A stretch of 64,000 bases of DNA from contig DATLDN010000203.1 in the NCBI GenBank assembly GCA_035525855.1, forward strand, positions 4,737 through 68,736. Reading direction: 5' to 3'. The notes beneath the pieces were generated by a model. The model saw nothing but the letters and a program-made list of their open reading frames with translations, searched no databases and was not told the DNA's origin. Positions 1 through 9,791 of this stretch are shown in pieces. This DNA comes from Gemmatimonadaceae bacterium. Lineage in GTDB: Bacteria; Gemmatimonadota; Gemmatimonadetes; Gemmatimonadales; Gemmatimonadaceae. Position 1 is the stretch's first letter. Every line of letters starts with the position of its first letter. The position numbers were made by a program, and so were the translations under genes.

Positions 1-189
1 CGCATAGCGCGCTCCCTGAGGAGTTGGAACACGCGCGAGCCTGAGCTCTCGCAGATCGCGCGACAACGTGGCCTGCGTTACATCCCACCCGCGATGGAGC
101 AGCAGCTTTCGCAGATCTTCCTGGCTGCTGACAAGCCTCGAATTCACTATTTCAAGTATCGCCGACTGCCGCTCCCGCTTGTTGGCCAT
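1..189 (-). CDS. argR: Arginine repressor, N-terminal part (truncated by window edge)
   Basis: Manual translation MANKRERQSAILEIV...SQEDLRKLL...VTQATLSRDLREL carries the ArgR winged-helix signature; divergent from argG; absent from the ORF track. Confidence 0.93.
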   Translation of the reverse strand, partial: MANKRERQSAILEIVNSRLVSSQEDLRKLLLHRGWDVTQATLSRDLRELRLARVPTPQGARYA

Positions 190-276
190 TAGCTCTCCCG
201 TGAGCACACGATACCACAATCCCTGCCTCGGGGCGAGGCCGCTTTCAACGGCACCGACATTGACGCTAGGCACGAT

Positions 277-315
277 TTTGATTAAATATACGGTAACTAT
301 GAATAGTTATTTAGA
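277..315. promoter_or_regulatory. Tandem ARG boxes (ArgR operator)
   Basis: TTTGATTAAATATACGGT (277-294) and TATGAATAGTTATTTAGA (298-315): two 18-mers 3 bp apart, resembling wNTGAATwwwwATTCANw, just upstream of argG; TTGACG -35-like hexamer at 260-265. Confidence 0.8.
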
Positions 316-321
316 CCGAAT

Positions 322-1590
322 ATGACTCAGACAATTGTCCTCGCTTACTCCGGCGGTCTCGACACGTCGATCATCGTTCCGTGGCTGAAGGAACACTACG
401 ACGGCGCGAAGATCGTTTGCGTTGCCGGTGACATCGGACAGGGCGACGAGCTCGAGGGCGTCCGCGAAAAGGCAATCGCATCCGGCGCTGCCGAATGCTT
501 TATCGAAGACCTTCGCCAGGAATTCGTGTCTGAATTCATCTGGCCGACACTTCGCGCCGGCGCGATCTACGGAAGGAAATATCTGCTCGGCACGTCAATG
601 GGGCGCCCCCTACTTGCCCGCCGCCAGGTTGAAGTAGCACGACGCATCGGCGCCGACGCGCTGGCCCACGGGTGCACCGGCAAAGGAAATGATCAGGTGC
701 GCTTCGAGCTCACGTATGCTGCTTTTGCTCCGGAGCTACCCGTGATTGCTCCCTGGCGCGAGTGGGAGATCCGCAGTCGCGAAGATGCAATCGCATATGC
801 AAAGCAGCACAACGTTCCGGTCACGGCGTCGAAAGAGAAAATCTATTCGCGCGACCGCAACATCTGGCACATCTCACACGAAGGTGGAGTGCTCGAAGAT
901 CCGGCTCAGTCGCCACCGGACGATTTGTTCATGCTGACGACATCGCCGCAGCAGGCTCCCGACAAACCCGAAAGCGTTACGATCGGGTTCAATCAGGGAA
1001 CTCCCGTTGCCGTAAATGGAGTTTTCCTCGATCCGGTCGCAATCGTCGCGACGTTGAACAAGATCGGCGGTCGTCACGGCGTCGGGAGAATCGATATCGT
1101 CGAAGACCGTCTCGTTGGAATGAAGTCACGCGGTGTGTACGAAACACCCGGCGGTACCCTGCTGTATGTCGCGCATAGCGAGTTGGAGCAGCTGATTCTC
1201 GATCGCCGAACACTCGCAGCAAAAGATCTCATTGCGCCTCGATACGCTGATCTCGTGTACGAAGGACGATGGTGGACAACCGAGCGTGAGGCTTACGACG
1301 CATTCGTGAATATCACGCAGGAGCGTGTCACGGGTGGTGTCACACTCGAGCTATACAAGGGCAACGTAACAGTCATGAGCCGCGCGAGCGAATATGCGCT
1401 GTACGACGAACGCTTCGTGACGTTCGGCGAAGATGACGTATATCAGCAGAGTGATGCCGGCGGTTTCATTCGACTCTATTCCCTGCCCAGCCGCGTGCGC
1501 GCGCTTCATGATCAGGAGCTCGCTGCCCGGGCAGTCGCGCCTGTTACACACGAGGATTCACCCGCGCTTGCAGCGTCCTGGCAGGATTAA
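322..1590 (+). CDS. argG: Argininosuccinate synthase
   Basis: [24 protein letters not shown] and [10 protein letters not shown] motifs. Confidence 0.98.
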   Translation: MTQTIVLAYSGGLDTSIIVPWLKEHYDGAKIVCVAGDIGQGDELEGVREKAIASGAAECFIEDLRQEFVSEFIWPTLRAGAIYGRKYLLGTSMGRPLLARRQVEVARRIGADALAHGCTGKGNDQVRFELTYAAFAPELPVIAPWREWEIRSREDAIAYAKQHNVPVTASKEKIYSRDRNIWHISHEGGVLEDPAQSPPDDLFMLTTSPQQAPDKPESVTIGFNQGTPVAVNGVFLDPVAIVATLNKIGGRHGVGRIDIVEDRLVGMKSRGVYETPGGTLLYVAHSELEQLILDRRTLAAKDLIAPRYADLVYEGRWWTTEREAYDAFVNITQERVTGGVTLELYKGNVTVMSRASEYALYDERFVTFGEDDVYQQSDAGGFIRLYSLPSRVRALHDQELAARAVAPVTHEDSPALAASWQD

Positions 1591-1596
1591 GCTCTG

Positions 1597-2982
1597 ATGT
1601 CAGACGAAAAGCGCTCACATAAGCTTTGGGGTGGGCGCTTTTCCCTTCCCACCGACAAAGCGCTCGATGCTCTGAACCGGTCAATCTCCATCGACCGGCG
1701 ATTGTGGCCTGGTGACGTGCGTCTGTCTGAAGCATGGGCTGCCGCACTCGGCGAAGCCGGTATCCTCACACGCGACGAAACCGACACAATGATTCGCGGC
1801 CTCGCCTCAGTGAGAGCCCGACTCGAGAACGGTGAGGAGCCCGACGCTTCGGATGAAGACGTGCACACGATGATCGATCGAATGTTGCACGACGAAATCG
1901 GCGACGTTGCATCCAAGCTTCACACCGGCCGCAGTCGCAACGACCAGGTTGCTACAGCAACGCGTCTTTGGACGATGAATGCCGCCGAAGGTCTCAGCGA
2001 TTCGATTCGCGCGCTGCAGCACACAATGATCGATCATGCCGAGCAATTGCAGACGACGTATATGCCGGCGTACACGCATATGCAGCGAGCCCAGCCCGTT
2101 GCTGCGGCGCACTGGATGCTGGCTCATTTCTGGGCGCTTCAAAGAGACCGTGATCGCGTTTCCTCTTCGGCGAGGAACGCGTCCGTTCTTCCGCTTGGCT
2201 CAGGCGCGATTGCAGGATCAGCTTATCCGGTACCGCGCGATCTTATCCAGCAGAAGCTGGGATTCTCTTCCCTCTCGCAAAACAGCATCGACGCTGTCGG
2301 CGATCGCGACTTCATCGCGGAAATGCTTTTTGCAATCGCCCTGCTCGCAGTGCATCTCTCGCGGCTTTCTGAAGATTTGATTCTGTTCGGCTCATCTGAA
2401 TTCGCGTTTGTGAAATTCGGCGAGACGTTTACAACGGGTTCGAGCATGATGCCGCAGAAGCGCAACCCCGACGCTCTCGAGCTCGCCCGCGCATCCGCGC
2501 CTCGCACCCTTGGCGATCTCGTCACGATGCTCGGCGTATTGAAAGGTTTGCCGAGCGGTTACAACAAGGATCTTCAGGAAGACAAGCGTGCGCTTTTCGA
2601 TGCCGTCGATCTGATGGCCGTAGTACTTCCTGCGGTTCAGGGCACACTCGCCGAGCTCACTTTCGATGCAGAGCGAATGCACTCGGCTCTGTCGACGACG
2701 ATGATGGCAACCGACCTCGCAGATTACCTCGTGCGAAAAGGCGCGACATTTCGCGATGCGCATGAGGCGGTTGGGACACTTATCCGCGAGTCCGAAACCA
2801 CAGGCCGCGATTTAAAGGACCTCGACCTCGAGTCATTTCAGAAAGTCAGCCCACTCGTTGCTGACGACGTCCATGAATCACTGGATCCGAGAAAATCAGT
2901 AAGTGCGCGTGATCTGCCGGGCGGAACAGGTCCGGAGTCCGTGCGAATCCAACTCGAGTCTGCGCGGGATTTAGTTCGATAA
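1597..2982 (+). CDS. argH: Argininosuccinate lyase
   Basis: LWGGRF, HTGRSRNDQ and GSSMMPQKRNPD motifs. Confidence 0.98.
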   Translation: MSDEKRSHKLWGGRFSLPTDKALDALNRSISIDRRLWPGDVRLSEAWAAALGEAGILTRDETDTMIRGLASVRARLENGEEPDASDEDVHTMIDRMLHDEIGDVASKLHTGRSRNDQVATATRLWTMNAAEGLSDSIRALQHTMIDHAEQLQTTYMPAYTHMQRAQPVAAAHWMLAHFWALQRDRDRVSSSARNASVLPLGSGAIAGSAYPVPRDLIQQKLGFSSLSQNSIDAVGDRDFIAEMLFAIALLAVHLSRLSEDLILFGSSEFAFVKFGETFTTGSSMMPQKRNPDALELARASAPRTLGDLVTMLGVLKGLPSGYNKDLQEDKRALFDAVDLMAVVLPAVQGTLAELTFDAERMHSALSTTMMATDLADYLVRKGATFRDAHEAVGTLIRESETTGRDLKDLDLESFQKVSPLVADDVHESLDPRKSVSARDLPGGTGPESVRIQLESARDLVR

Positions 2983-3004
2983 CAATCTAACCGCGAGCAC
3001 GAAA

Positions 3005-3037
3005 GAAAAGGGCGCCTTTCGGCGCCCTTCCTTTTTT
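3005..3037. terminator. Bidirectional intrinsic terminator
   Basis: AAGGGCGCC-TTTC-GGCGCCCTT stem with A and T tracts on either side, between convergent genes. Confidence 0.85.
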
Positions 3038-3040
3038 CAG

Positions 3041-3577
3041 TTAAAACAGGATCCCGAAAGTAACCGGGATGAACTGCGTTGCACTGACATCCGTGAACAT
3101 GTGATGGTAGCGCGCTTCCACGTACGTGTTGAAGCCGCTTAGCGGAAACATGGCGCCAATTCCACCATTCAAACCGAACTTGTTATTCGATTCAGCACCT
3201 TCGACGTCTACCTTGGATCCGTAATACCCAGCACCGCCGATCACATACGGCCGGATTCCCCGCCCCTGAAGGTTGTAGACGAGATTCGCTGTACCGGCGA
3301 TAACGCGCGCATCCGGCTGGGTGCCTGGAATATCATCGCGCCCGAGGAATTTGTTGTACATCGCCTCGAACCGCAGACCCAGTGGACTACCAATGGAAGA
3401 CAGTCCAAGACCGACTGTCCCATTGTACCCTGTGTTGTAGAAGTCCGCGAAATCGCCGACAGGTATTGCAGCTCCAGCCGCAATTCCGATCGAGACCGGC
3501 TTATACGATTGAGCCGACAGCCCACTTCCACCAAGAAGTGCCGCCGCGGCGATAACTCCCATGAATGCTTTCTTCAT
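3041..3577 (-). CDS. Small outer-membrane beta-barrel protein (OMP_b-brl-like)
   Basis: Signal peptide MKKAF...LSAQ, amphipathic Gly/Tyr-rich strands, PYVIGGAG, terminal Phe; start set at the ATG after GGAG. Confidence 0.8.
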   Translation of the reverse strand: MKKAFMGVIAAAALLGGSGLSAQSYKPVSIGIAAGAAIPVGDFADFYNTGYNGTVGLGLSSIGSPLGLRFEAMYNKFLGRDDIPGTQPDARVIAGTANLVYNLQGRGIRPYVIGGAGYYGSKVDVEGAESNNKFGLNGGIGAMFPLSGFNTYVEARYHHMFTDVSATQFIPVTFGILF

Positions 3578-3696
3578 AACCTTTGCTCCTTTGCAAATGA
3601 CAATGTTTCTATGGTATACCTCAAGCGTGCCGGTTGGTTGCACATCACGTGCGCGAACTACTGGTTTATTTTATCCTTTCGTATTAGGATAATTCT

Positions 3697-4077
3697 GTGC
3701 GGGCCTATACCGTTGCAGCTGCAGCCGTTACCCTAGGTGTTCCAAAAAAGTGGATCGACAACGTTCTGTCTCATTACGAAGTCGAAGGCGTAGTTCAACA
3801 GAGGCAGGGAATCGTGCGCCGGATAACGCCAGCCGGTCTTTTGAACCTCGAGATAGCGCTGCATCTGAATCGCACGTTGGACATCCCGGTCAAAACCGCC
3901 TTAGCTGTCGCGAGCCAAGTGGCGAAAGCGGAGGGAGGGGAAGTCCAGCTTTCGGATGACGGGATAGTCCAACTCCGGGTCAATGTCCACTCCGTGTCCC
4001 AATCGTTGATTCAACGCCTCGACCGCGCGCTCGAGATCACACCAACGCCCAGGCGAGGACGACCCCCCCGAAAATAA
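3697..4077 (+). CDS. Hypothetical DNA-binding protein (HTH-like N-terminus, C-terminal AT-hook-like RRGRPPRK)
   Basis: YTVAAAAVTLGVPKKWIDN resembles a MerR/excisionase-type HTH; followed by a terminator. Confidence 0.6.
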   Translation: MRAYTVAAAAVTLGVPKKWIDNVLSHYEVEGVVQQRQGIVRRITPAGLLNLEIALHLNRTLDIPVKTALAVASQVAKAEGGEVQLSDDGIVQLRVNVHSVSQSLIQRLDRALEITPTPRRGRPPRK

Positions 4078-4109
4078 AAGCGGGACGCCGTTTCGACGTC
4101 CCGCCTTGT
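4074..4109. terminator. Intrinsic terminator between convergent genes
   Basis: GCGGGACG-N10-CGTCCCGC hairpin preceded by AAAATAAAA. Confidence 0.7.
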
Positions 4110-4139
4110 ACTGCCGGCAAAGATGCGGAGTTCCGCGTC

Positions 4140-4349
4140 TTAGCTGCTCTTCGTGACGTTCTCTGCCGCGGGGCCCTTCTGTCCTTCGACGATGTCGAAC
4201 TCAACTGCATCTCCTTCGGCCAGCGACTTGAACCCGTTTCCGGTGATCGCGCTGTAGTGGACGAAGCAATCCTTCTGACCATTGTCCGGAGTGATGAAGC
4301 CAAAGCCCTTCGCATCGTTGAACCACTTTACTTTGCCGGTCGTACGCAT
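4140..4349 (-). CDS. Cold-shock protein (CspA family)
   Basis: [23 protein letters not shown] and KGPAAENV; RBS AGGAGCAGG before ATG 4349. Confidence 0.97.
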   Translation of the reverse strand: MRTTGKVKWFNDAKGFGFITPDNGQKDCFVHYSAITGNGFKSLAEGDAVEFDIVEGQKGPAAENVTKSS

Positions 4350-4492
4350 TCCTGCTCCTGGTAAAGAATGTCCGGCACGATCTAAGTACCGCATCGGACA
4401 CAAGCCTGTGGCGAATCCACTCGCGAATTCACCGGATGATATGCGCCTTCGTTCGGTCTGACTGGACCGAAAAAGCGCCGTTTCTCGCGGCT

Positions 4493-4521
4493 ATTATATC
4501 ACGGTCCTTGCGGGGTGACAA
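4493..4521 (-). promoter_or_regulatory. Sigma70-type promoter of the csp gene
   Basis: TTGTCA-17 bp-TATAAT with an extended -10 TG on the minus strand. Confidence 0.75.
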
Positions 4522-4532
4522 TAGAAAATTGT

Positions 4533-4955
4533 TCATTTATCAACTAGTCGCACATTTGTGATATAGTACTGCGTCTCCGCAAAACACGACGTCGGCACTC
4601 CACGATGCTGCTCATACGTCAGCGATACTCTCTTTCCTGAGTTCTGTTCTATGAGCTTTGCAATCGAGTCGTTGCGGACGCTGAACTTGAAAATCTCCGG
4701 CATCGCTCCGGGAAGATTCGCCATCGCGAGCTCACCTTCCCACGTTTTGCAAAGCCAGCCTTTCTCCGAAATCTTCTGCACGTAACCGGCGCGCTCTCCC
4801 TTCGAGTAGGAATAGTTCAACGTGATCCACGACCACGCGCCGAACACAAGCGACGGAACAAGCAGCAGAAGCAGCATGACAAGGAACCCCAATCGACGTC
4901 CGCGATGACTCGGTTTGACGGGATCTTCGGCTGGTCCAACGCTTTCATCGCTCAT
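4533..4955 (-). CDS. Conserved hypothetical membrane-anchored protein
   Basis: One TM helix followed by YSKGERAG...KGWLCKTWEGEL, a pattern I recall from uncharacterised proteins. Confidence 0.7.
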   Translation of the reverse strand: MSDESVGPAEDPVKPSHRGRRLGFLVMLLLLLVPSLVFGAWSWITLNYSYSKGERAGYVQKISEKGWLCKTWEGELAMANLPGAMPEIFKFSVRNDSIAKLIEQNSGKRVSLTYEQHRGVPTSCFAETQYYITNVRLVDK

Positions 4956-5008
4956 GTGTTCGATGCTGGGGTAATTACTATTAGGGTTGACCGCATAAGA
5001 TACAGATA

Positions 5009-6244
5009 ATGACCATCGCCGACCGCAGACACACAGTTACAGCAAAGGTTGGAGGCGTGCCCATCGGGTCACGCCACCCGATCGTCGTGCAGTCCATGAC
5101 GAACACCGATACAGCCGATGCTGCAGCAACGGCGGAGCAGGTGATCGCGCTCGCCAACGCTGGCTCACAGATCGTCCGCATAACGGTCAACAATGACGAA
5201 GCCGCCGCGGCGGTCCCGGAAATCGTCAGTCGCGTCGCCGATTCTGCCAACGTCGTCCCGATAATTGGCGACTTTCACTACAACGGGCATCTACTCCTTA
5301 CCAAATACCCGGAAACCGCTCGAGCACTCGCCAAGTATCGGATCAACCCAGGCAATGTTGGCAGCAAGCGTCGCGACGAAAACTTTCGCACCATCGCCCG
5401 CATAGCAGCTGAAAATGAGAAACCCGTTCGAATCGGAGTTAACTGGGGCTCATTAGATCAGGACCTCCTGACAGAGCTTATGGAAAACAACGCGGCTGAC
5501 CCCCAGCCCCGCGAAGCGAAACAAGTGTACATCGAGGCTATGCTTGAAAGCGCACTCCGATCGGCGGCGCTTGCGGAAGAGGAGGGGGTTCTCCACGAGA
5601 GAATCATTCTCTCTGCCAAGGTTTCCGGAGTTCAGGATCTCGTCGAAGTGTATCGGCGCCTCGCAGCACGGTGTGACTATCCGCTTCACCTTGGCCTGAC
5701 GGAAGCCGGTATGGGGTCGAAAGGAATAATCGCGAGCACCGCAGCGCTCTCGATCCTGCTCGCTGAAGGAATCGGCGACACGGTTCGCGTGTCGCTGACG
5801 CCAAAGCCCAACGGCGATCGAACGGAAGAGGTCGAAGTCGCCCAACAGATACTCCAGTCCCTCGATCTGCGCAGATTCAAGCCACAGGTCACCGCATGTC
5901 CCGGTTGCGGGCGCACAACGTCGACGTTCTTTCAGCACATGGCGGAAGACATCGAAGGCTACCTCAAGGAACAGATGCCCGTATGGCGCGAGCAATACCC
6001 CGAGGTTGTCGATCTGCGAGTCGCGGTAATGGGATGTGTCGTCAACGGGCCTGGTGAATCAAAGCACGCCAACATCGGCATTTCACTTCCAGGCACATTC
6101 GAGGATCCGAAGGCTCCGGTCTATGTCGATGGAAAACTGCTCGTCACACTGAAGGGCGACTCCATCGTTCCGGAATTCTTGAAGATCCTCGACGACTATG
6201 TTGCGCGACGTTACGGAACAGAGGCGGCCGCGCTAGCGTCTTAA
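5009..6244 (+). CDS. ispG: (E)-4-hydroxy-3-methylbut-2-enyl-diphosphate synthase
   Basis: [29 protein letters not shown] and [10 protein letters not shown] motifs. Confidence 0.98.
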   Translation: MTIADRRHTVTAKVGGVPIGSRHPIVVQSMTNTDTADAAATAEQVIALANAGSQIVRITVNNDEAAAAVPEIVSRVADSANVVPIIGDFHYNGHLLLTKYPETARALAKYRINPGNVGSKRRDENFRTIARIAAENEKPVRIGVNWGSLDQDLLTELMENNAADPQPREAKQVYIEAMLESALRSAALAEEEGVLHERIILSAKVSGVQDLVEVYRRLAARCDYPLHLGLTEAGMGSKGIIASTAALSILLAEGIGDTVRVSLTPKPNGDRTEEVEVAQQILQSLDLRRFKPQVTACPGCGRTTSTFFQHMAEDIEGYLKEQMPVWREQYPEVVDLRVAVMGCVVNGPGESKHANIGISLPGTFEDPKAPVYVDGKLLVTLKGDSIVPEFLKILDDYVARRYGTEAAALAS

Positions 6245-6846
6245 GGTTGGCTCTCCAGATCTTCGACAGCTGATCGGAGCTCCTCCATGATCGGTGCATC
6301 GAAAGACACTCCCTTCAATCGATCGTAAACGCCGCGATACCACTTCAGTGTTCCCTGACGGCCGCCGCTGAACCGCGACCACACTATTGAAGCGTCGTAG
6401 GCTCGTTTCAGGTCGGCAAGAATGGACCGCGCGTTGTGAAGCTTGTCGGCAGCGCACACCCAGCGAGCAGATTCACTCGCACTCGCGAGCCGCTCGATGT
6501 AATCATCCTTCTGGTCGAGCGAAGACAATTCCACACCACCGTCGTCCAACCTTCGATGAGTGACCTCGAGGACAGTTTGCAATACGGAAGCGCCGAACTT
6601 CTGCCCGATTCTTTGCTCGAGCATTTCGCGTGTGTATCCGTCTCTTACGCAATCTTCAACCACGTCGTGCAGGATTCCGGCAACAACCGTGTCGTCATCT
6701 CGGTCGTATCGAGTGAGAATTACAGCGATGTTAGCGGGATGGGTGAGGTAGGGAAGCTTCGTTCCCTTGCGAACTTGTCTGTCGTGATGCTTTGCGGCAA
6801 ACGCGAACGCGTGATTGATCGCATCGGAATATCCTGTAATCTTCAC
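6241..6846 (-). CDS. HD-domain protein, RelA/SpoT-hydrolase-like (Mesh1/SAH type)
   Basis: [25 protein letters not shown] and ADKLHN motifs. Confidence 0.8.
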   Translation of the reverse strand: MKITGYSDAINHAFAFAAKHHDRQVRKGTKLPYLTHPANIAVILTRYDRDDDTVVAGILHDVVEDCVRDGYTREMLEQRIGQKFGASVLQTVLEVTHRRLDDGGVELSSLDQKDDYIERLASASESARWVCAADKLHNARSILADLKRAYDASIVWSRFSGGRQGTLKWYRGVYDRLKGVSFDAPIMEELRSAVEDLESQP

Positions 6847-7350
6847 CTAAGCAGCTCGCCTGAACCACTGCATGATGCGCTCGAGTCCGTCACGATCCTC
6901 GCCATTGAACGCAGCTCGCTCCTCCGAATCTATGTCGAACACAGCAATCAGCTCATCGCTTTTTCCATAAACAGGGACGACGATTTCCGACTTCGATCTG
7001 GCGTCGCAGCTGATATGACCAGGAAAAGCATCGACGTCATCGACGATTAACGTCCGTTGCTCCGCCGCTGCTGTTCCGCATACGCCTCTGCCGAAGGCGA
7101 TCTCCAGACATCCAAGGCTTCCCTGGTATGGACCGACACGCATCAGCTTTCCAGGTGTGACAACTCTATAGAATCCGGTCCACAGAAATCCGAGCGCGCC
7201 GTGTACAAGAGCGGAGATGGTTGCCATCCCGGCTACTGAATCATCGATGCCGTCGAGCACGAGACGCACTTGTTCTTCGAGCTCGCGGTAAGCATCGGGG
7301 CGGGGCAGTCCGCGAAGATCGGGAATTGTTTCAGACATTCGTGCGTTCAA
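6847..7350 (-). CDS. msrC: GAF-domain free methionine-R-sulfoxide reductase
   Basis: WTGFY, GPYQG..GC, GRGVCGTA, HISCD..SKSEIVVP and DIDS motifs. Confidence 0.85.
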   Translation of the reverse strand: MNARMSETIPDLRGLPRPDAYRELEEQVRLVLDGIDDSVAGMATISALVHGALGFLWTGFYRVVTPGKLMRVGPYQGSLGCLEIAFGRGVCGTAAAEQRTLIVDDVDAFPGHISCDARSKSEIVVPVYGKSDELIAVFDIDSEERAAFNGEDRDGLERIMQWFRRAA

Positions 7351-9053
7351 CGCACTCCGGCAAGTTGACCGCTTCCTGCCTCGCGGGCAGACACCGATTC
7401 AAGCAGCTCCTTCGGCGAGTCGATGTGCGGAAGGTCATCATTCCACAGCACAATGCCATGTACACGCAGATCGAGTTTTCTGAATCCATCGATTGCTTTC
7501 TTCAAATCGGAAAGACGCGTATGCGCAACACGCGCACAAAGAACAACATCGGGACTTGGCATTATCGACGATGCTTGTTGCAGAACATACGCAGTCGGGG
7601 CGGCGATCACGATCAAATCATATCGCCGCTCCATTCGCGCGAAATCGCCGCGAATTCTTTCCGCAACATCCGGCGACGGCGCAGCAATACGCCGCGTACC
7701 GCTCGGCAAAACATCGAGCGGTCGATCACGTCCCACAGTCGTCGACACAATGGAATCAGGCCAGTCCGAATCGCCGGTAACAATGCCGGCAAATCCGGGA
7801 TTCGGACGAACGCGCAACACGCTCGCAACTACGGACGTCGCCGGATCTACATCGACGAGCAGCGTACTCCTCGCTTCATATGCAGCTGCAGCAGCAAGAT
7901 TCGAAGCGACTGTTCCAACGATCGCAGCATCGTCACCGGCGATAGTCACAATCGGTACGTTTGCTTCTGTCGCCGCGAGGTGCAGATACAACCGCCTGTA
8001 ACTTTCGGATACGAGATCTATCAGTGGCGGCGCCTCGAGATCCGCTTGACGGCGCGTTCGTTCTGCAACGACTTCGGCAGGCTTCACCACAGTCAGCACT
8101 CGTGCGGCTGTCACCTGCTCAGCCTCTCTTGCATCCGCCACGCGCGGACTCTGCAGCTCCATGATGAACGCCACCGCAAAGCCAAGTGAAAGCGCGAGCA
8201 CAATGGCTGCGCCCAGCATTGCCAGCGGTGGAGCACCAACATTCGCCAGATCGCGCGCACGTGAGGCTTCCCGATCGATCCTGTCGTCAGTCGCGCGAAT
8301 CTGCGTCAGCGTTTGTGACGCGCTGGCGTATTGACGCTGCGCTTGTTGACGCTGCGCGATGAACTTCATCGTGTCGACTTGAGCTTGCGTGGTGACGACT
8401 GGCGCTACGGGTCGCAAAACTGCGAGTTGCGACCGGGCAGTTGCTCGCTTCGACTCCGCGATTGCCTGGATCTCCCGACCGATTGCCGTTGCTCTCGATG
8501 TCAGTGCGACAAAAACGGGATCCACTCCGCCAACCGCACCGAATGCATCGCGTTCCTGTTCTATAGCTGCAAGTGAATCTAGAAGAACTCTTACGCTTGG
8601 ATCGCTCGCCATGGTGGGCGTCGAGCCGAGAGCGCGATATGAAACGGGGAGCGGGGCATTGTCTGCGCGTTCGATCAGGCGATTGAGATTCGTCACGACC
8701 GTTGTGAGCGAATCGCGTTGCGCACGCAGCTCGGGCGGAAATGTGTCGATGGGTGCGACAGGCGCTGGAGCGACAGTTCGCCGAGCGATGCCCAGCATCG
8801 AATCAGCTGCAGTAATGCCGGCCAACGCACGCAAACGCGACGAAGAAGCTTGCGTCGAATCCGGCTTCTGCTCGAGCGAAGCTGCTACAGCAACTGCAGC
8901 TTTTGTAGCCTGCCGCGGAACAACAATGAACGCAATGAGCGCACACAGGAACACGAGGCCGCCGGCAATTCCCATAGCGGCATAGCGGCGCGACGCGTTG
9001 AGCGCACGTGCCGACGTCCACAAGTAATTCAGGCTTGTCGAGGCTTTACTCAT
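7347..9053 (-). CDS. Wzc/GumC-like membrane protein with degenerate BY-kinase domain
   Basis: TM - periplasmic coiled coil - TM - P-loop-like domain (ESYRRL, ASNLA, LLVDVD, LDVLPSG, YDLIVIAAP, GIVL). Confidence 0.7.
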   Translation of the reverse strand: MSKASTSLNYLWTSARALNASRRYAAMGIAGGLVFLCALIAFIVVPRQATKAAVAVAASLEQKPDSTQASSSRLRALAGITAADSMLGIARRTVAPAPVAPIDTFPPELRAQRDSLTTVVTNLNRLIERADNAPLPVSYRALGSTPTMASDPSVRVLLDSLAAIEQERDAFGAVGGVDPVFVALTSRATAIGREIQAIAESKRATARSQLAVLRPVAPVVTTQAQVDTMKFIAQRQQAQRQYASASQTLTQIRATDDRIDREASRARDLANVGAPPLAMLGAAIVLALSLGFAVAFIMELQSPRVADAREAEQVTAARVLTVVKPAEVVAERTRRQADLEAPPLIDLVSESYRRLYLHLAATEANVPIVTIAGDDAAIVGTVASNLAAAAAYEARSTLLVDVDPATSVVASVLRVRPNPGFAGIVTGDSDWPDSIVSTTVGRDRPLDVLPSGTRRIAAPSPDVAERIRGDFARMERRYDLIVIAAPTAYVLQQASSIMPSPDVVLCARVAHTRLSDLKKAIDGFRKLDLRVHGIVLWNDDLPHIDSPKELLESVSAREAGSGQLAGVR

Positions 9054-9141
9054 CTCTCAAGAATATACTTCGAAGTGCACGGCTTTCTGTCGACAGTGCA
9101 AACTCAGCGCCGTGTAACTGCGCTGGCTGGCTCCAGGAAAC

Positions 9142-9170
9142 AAAAAGGAGCATCCGGGGATGCTCCTTCA
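9142..9170 (-). terminator. Intrinsic terminator of the cupredoxin gene
   Basis: AAGGAGCATCC/GGATGCTCCTT stem followed by a T tract on the minus strand. Confidence 0.75.
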
Positions 9171-9192
9171 AGCGACCGCAATCCGGCTCGAT

Positions 9193-9711
9193 TTACTGAA
9201 CCGTGATCTCTCCCTTCATGCCAAGGGCAAGGTGCGGAGTGCAGTGGAACGGATACTTGCCGGGCTTGATGTTCGCGAACGAAATCGTGACCGACTCGCC
9301 AGGATTCGTCTTCAGTGCGCTGGAAAGCTCGCCCATCTTATCGGAGCCCATGTTCGCATCCAGCTGACCCTTCTGATCCGCCGGAATGGTGGCAGGATCG
9401 AAGGCGACGTTGTGCGGTCCGCCGCTAACGGTGGTGAACTTAATGCCGTCGCCGGCCTTGACCGTGATGTTGGCTGGCTCAAAACGATAGCCCTTAGCGT
9501 CGCCAACCATTTTTACTTCGATCGTCTGCCCGGTGATTGCTGCCATTGTTCCGGCTGCTGCCGGGGCTGCGCCCGGTGCGGGTGCGGCAGTCGCCGGTGT
9601 GGCTGTATCAACCGCAACGCCGGCTGTATCTGTTGCATTGCTCTTGTCACCGCCTGCGCAAGCGCTGATGACTACGGTGCTTGCTGCAATTGCCAGTGTG
9701 ATGAAGCGCAT
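9193..9711 (-). CDS. Plastocyanin/auracyanin-like blue copper lipoprotein
   Basis: Lipobox ISAC, Ala/Pro/Thr linker, type-1 Cu ligands PHNV and CTPHLALGM. Confidence 0.9.
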   Translation of the reverse strand: MRFITLAIAASTVVISACAGGDKSNATDTAGVAVDTATPATAAPAPGAAPAAAGTMAAITGQTIEVKMVGDAKGYRFEPANITVKAGDGIKFTTVSGGPHNVAFDPATIPADQKGQLDANMGSDKMGELSSALKTNPGESVTISFANIKPGKYPFHCTPHLALGMKGEITVQ

Positions 9712-9773
9712 TCTCGAACCTCTTGTACTTTGGTGAAGTTAGGTAATCCCGCTTGAACGATTATTCCCGCGTC

Positions 9774-9791
9774 TTGTGAATTTATTCACAA
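9774..9791. promoter_or_regulatory. Rex-type operator palindrome
   Basis: TTGTGAA-TTTA-TTCACAA, an exact match to TTGTGAA-N4-TTCACAA. Confidence 0.8.

Noticed and set aside
68-325. 85-aa + strand ORF
   Set aside because: Antisense to argR and runs across the ARG boxes; shadow ORF
7221-8189. 322-aa antisense ORF
   Set aside because: Lies opposite real genes, Arg-rich with no motifs; typical shadow ORF in GC-rich DNA
9193-9711. Cupredoxin as evidence of phototrophy
   Set aside because: No photosynthesis genes in the window; cupredoxins also serve respiration
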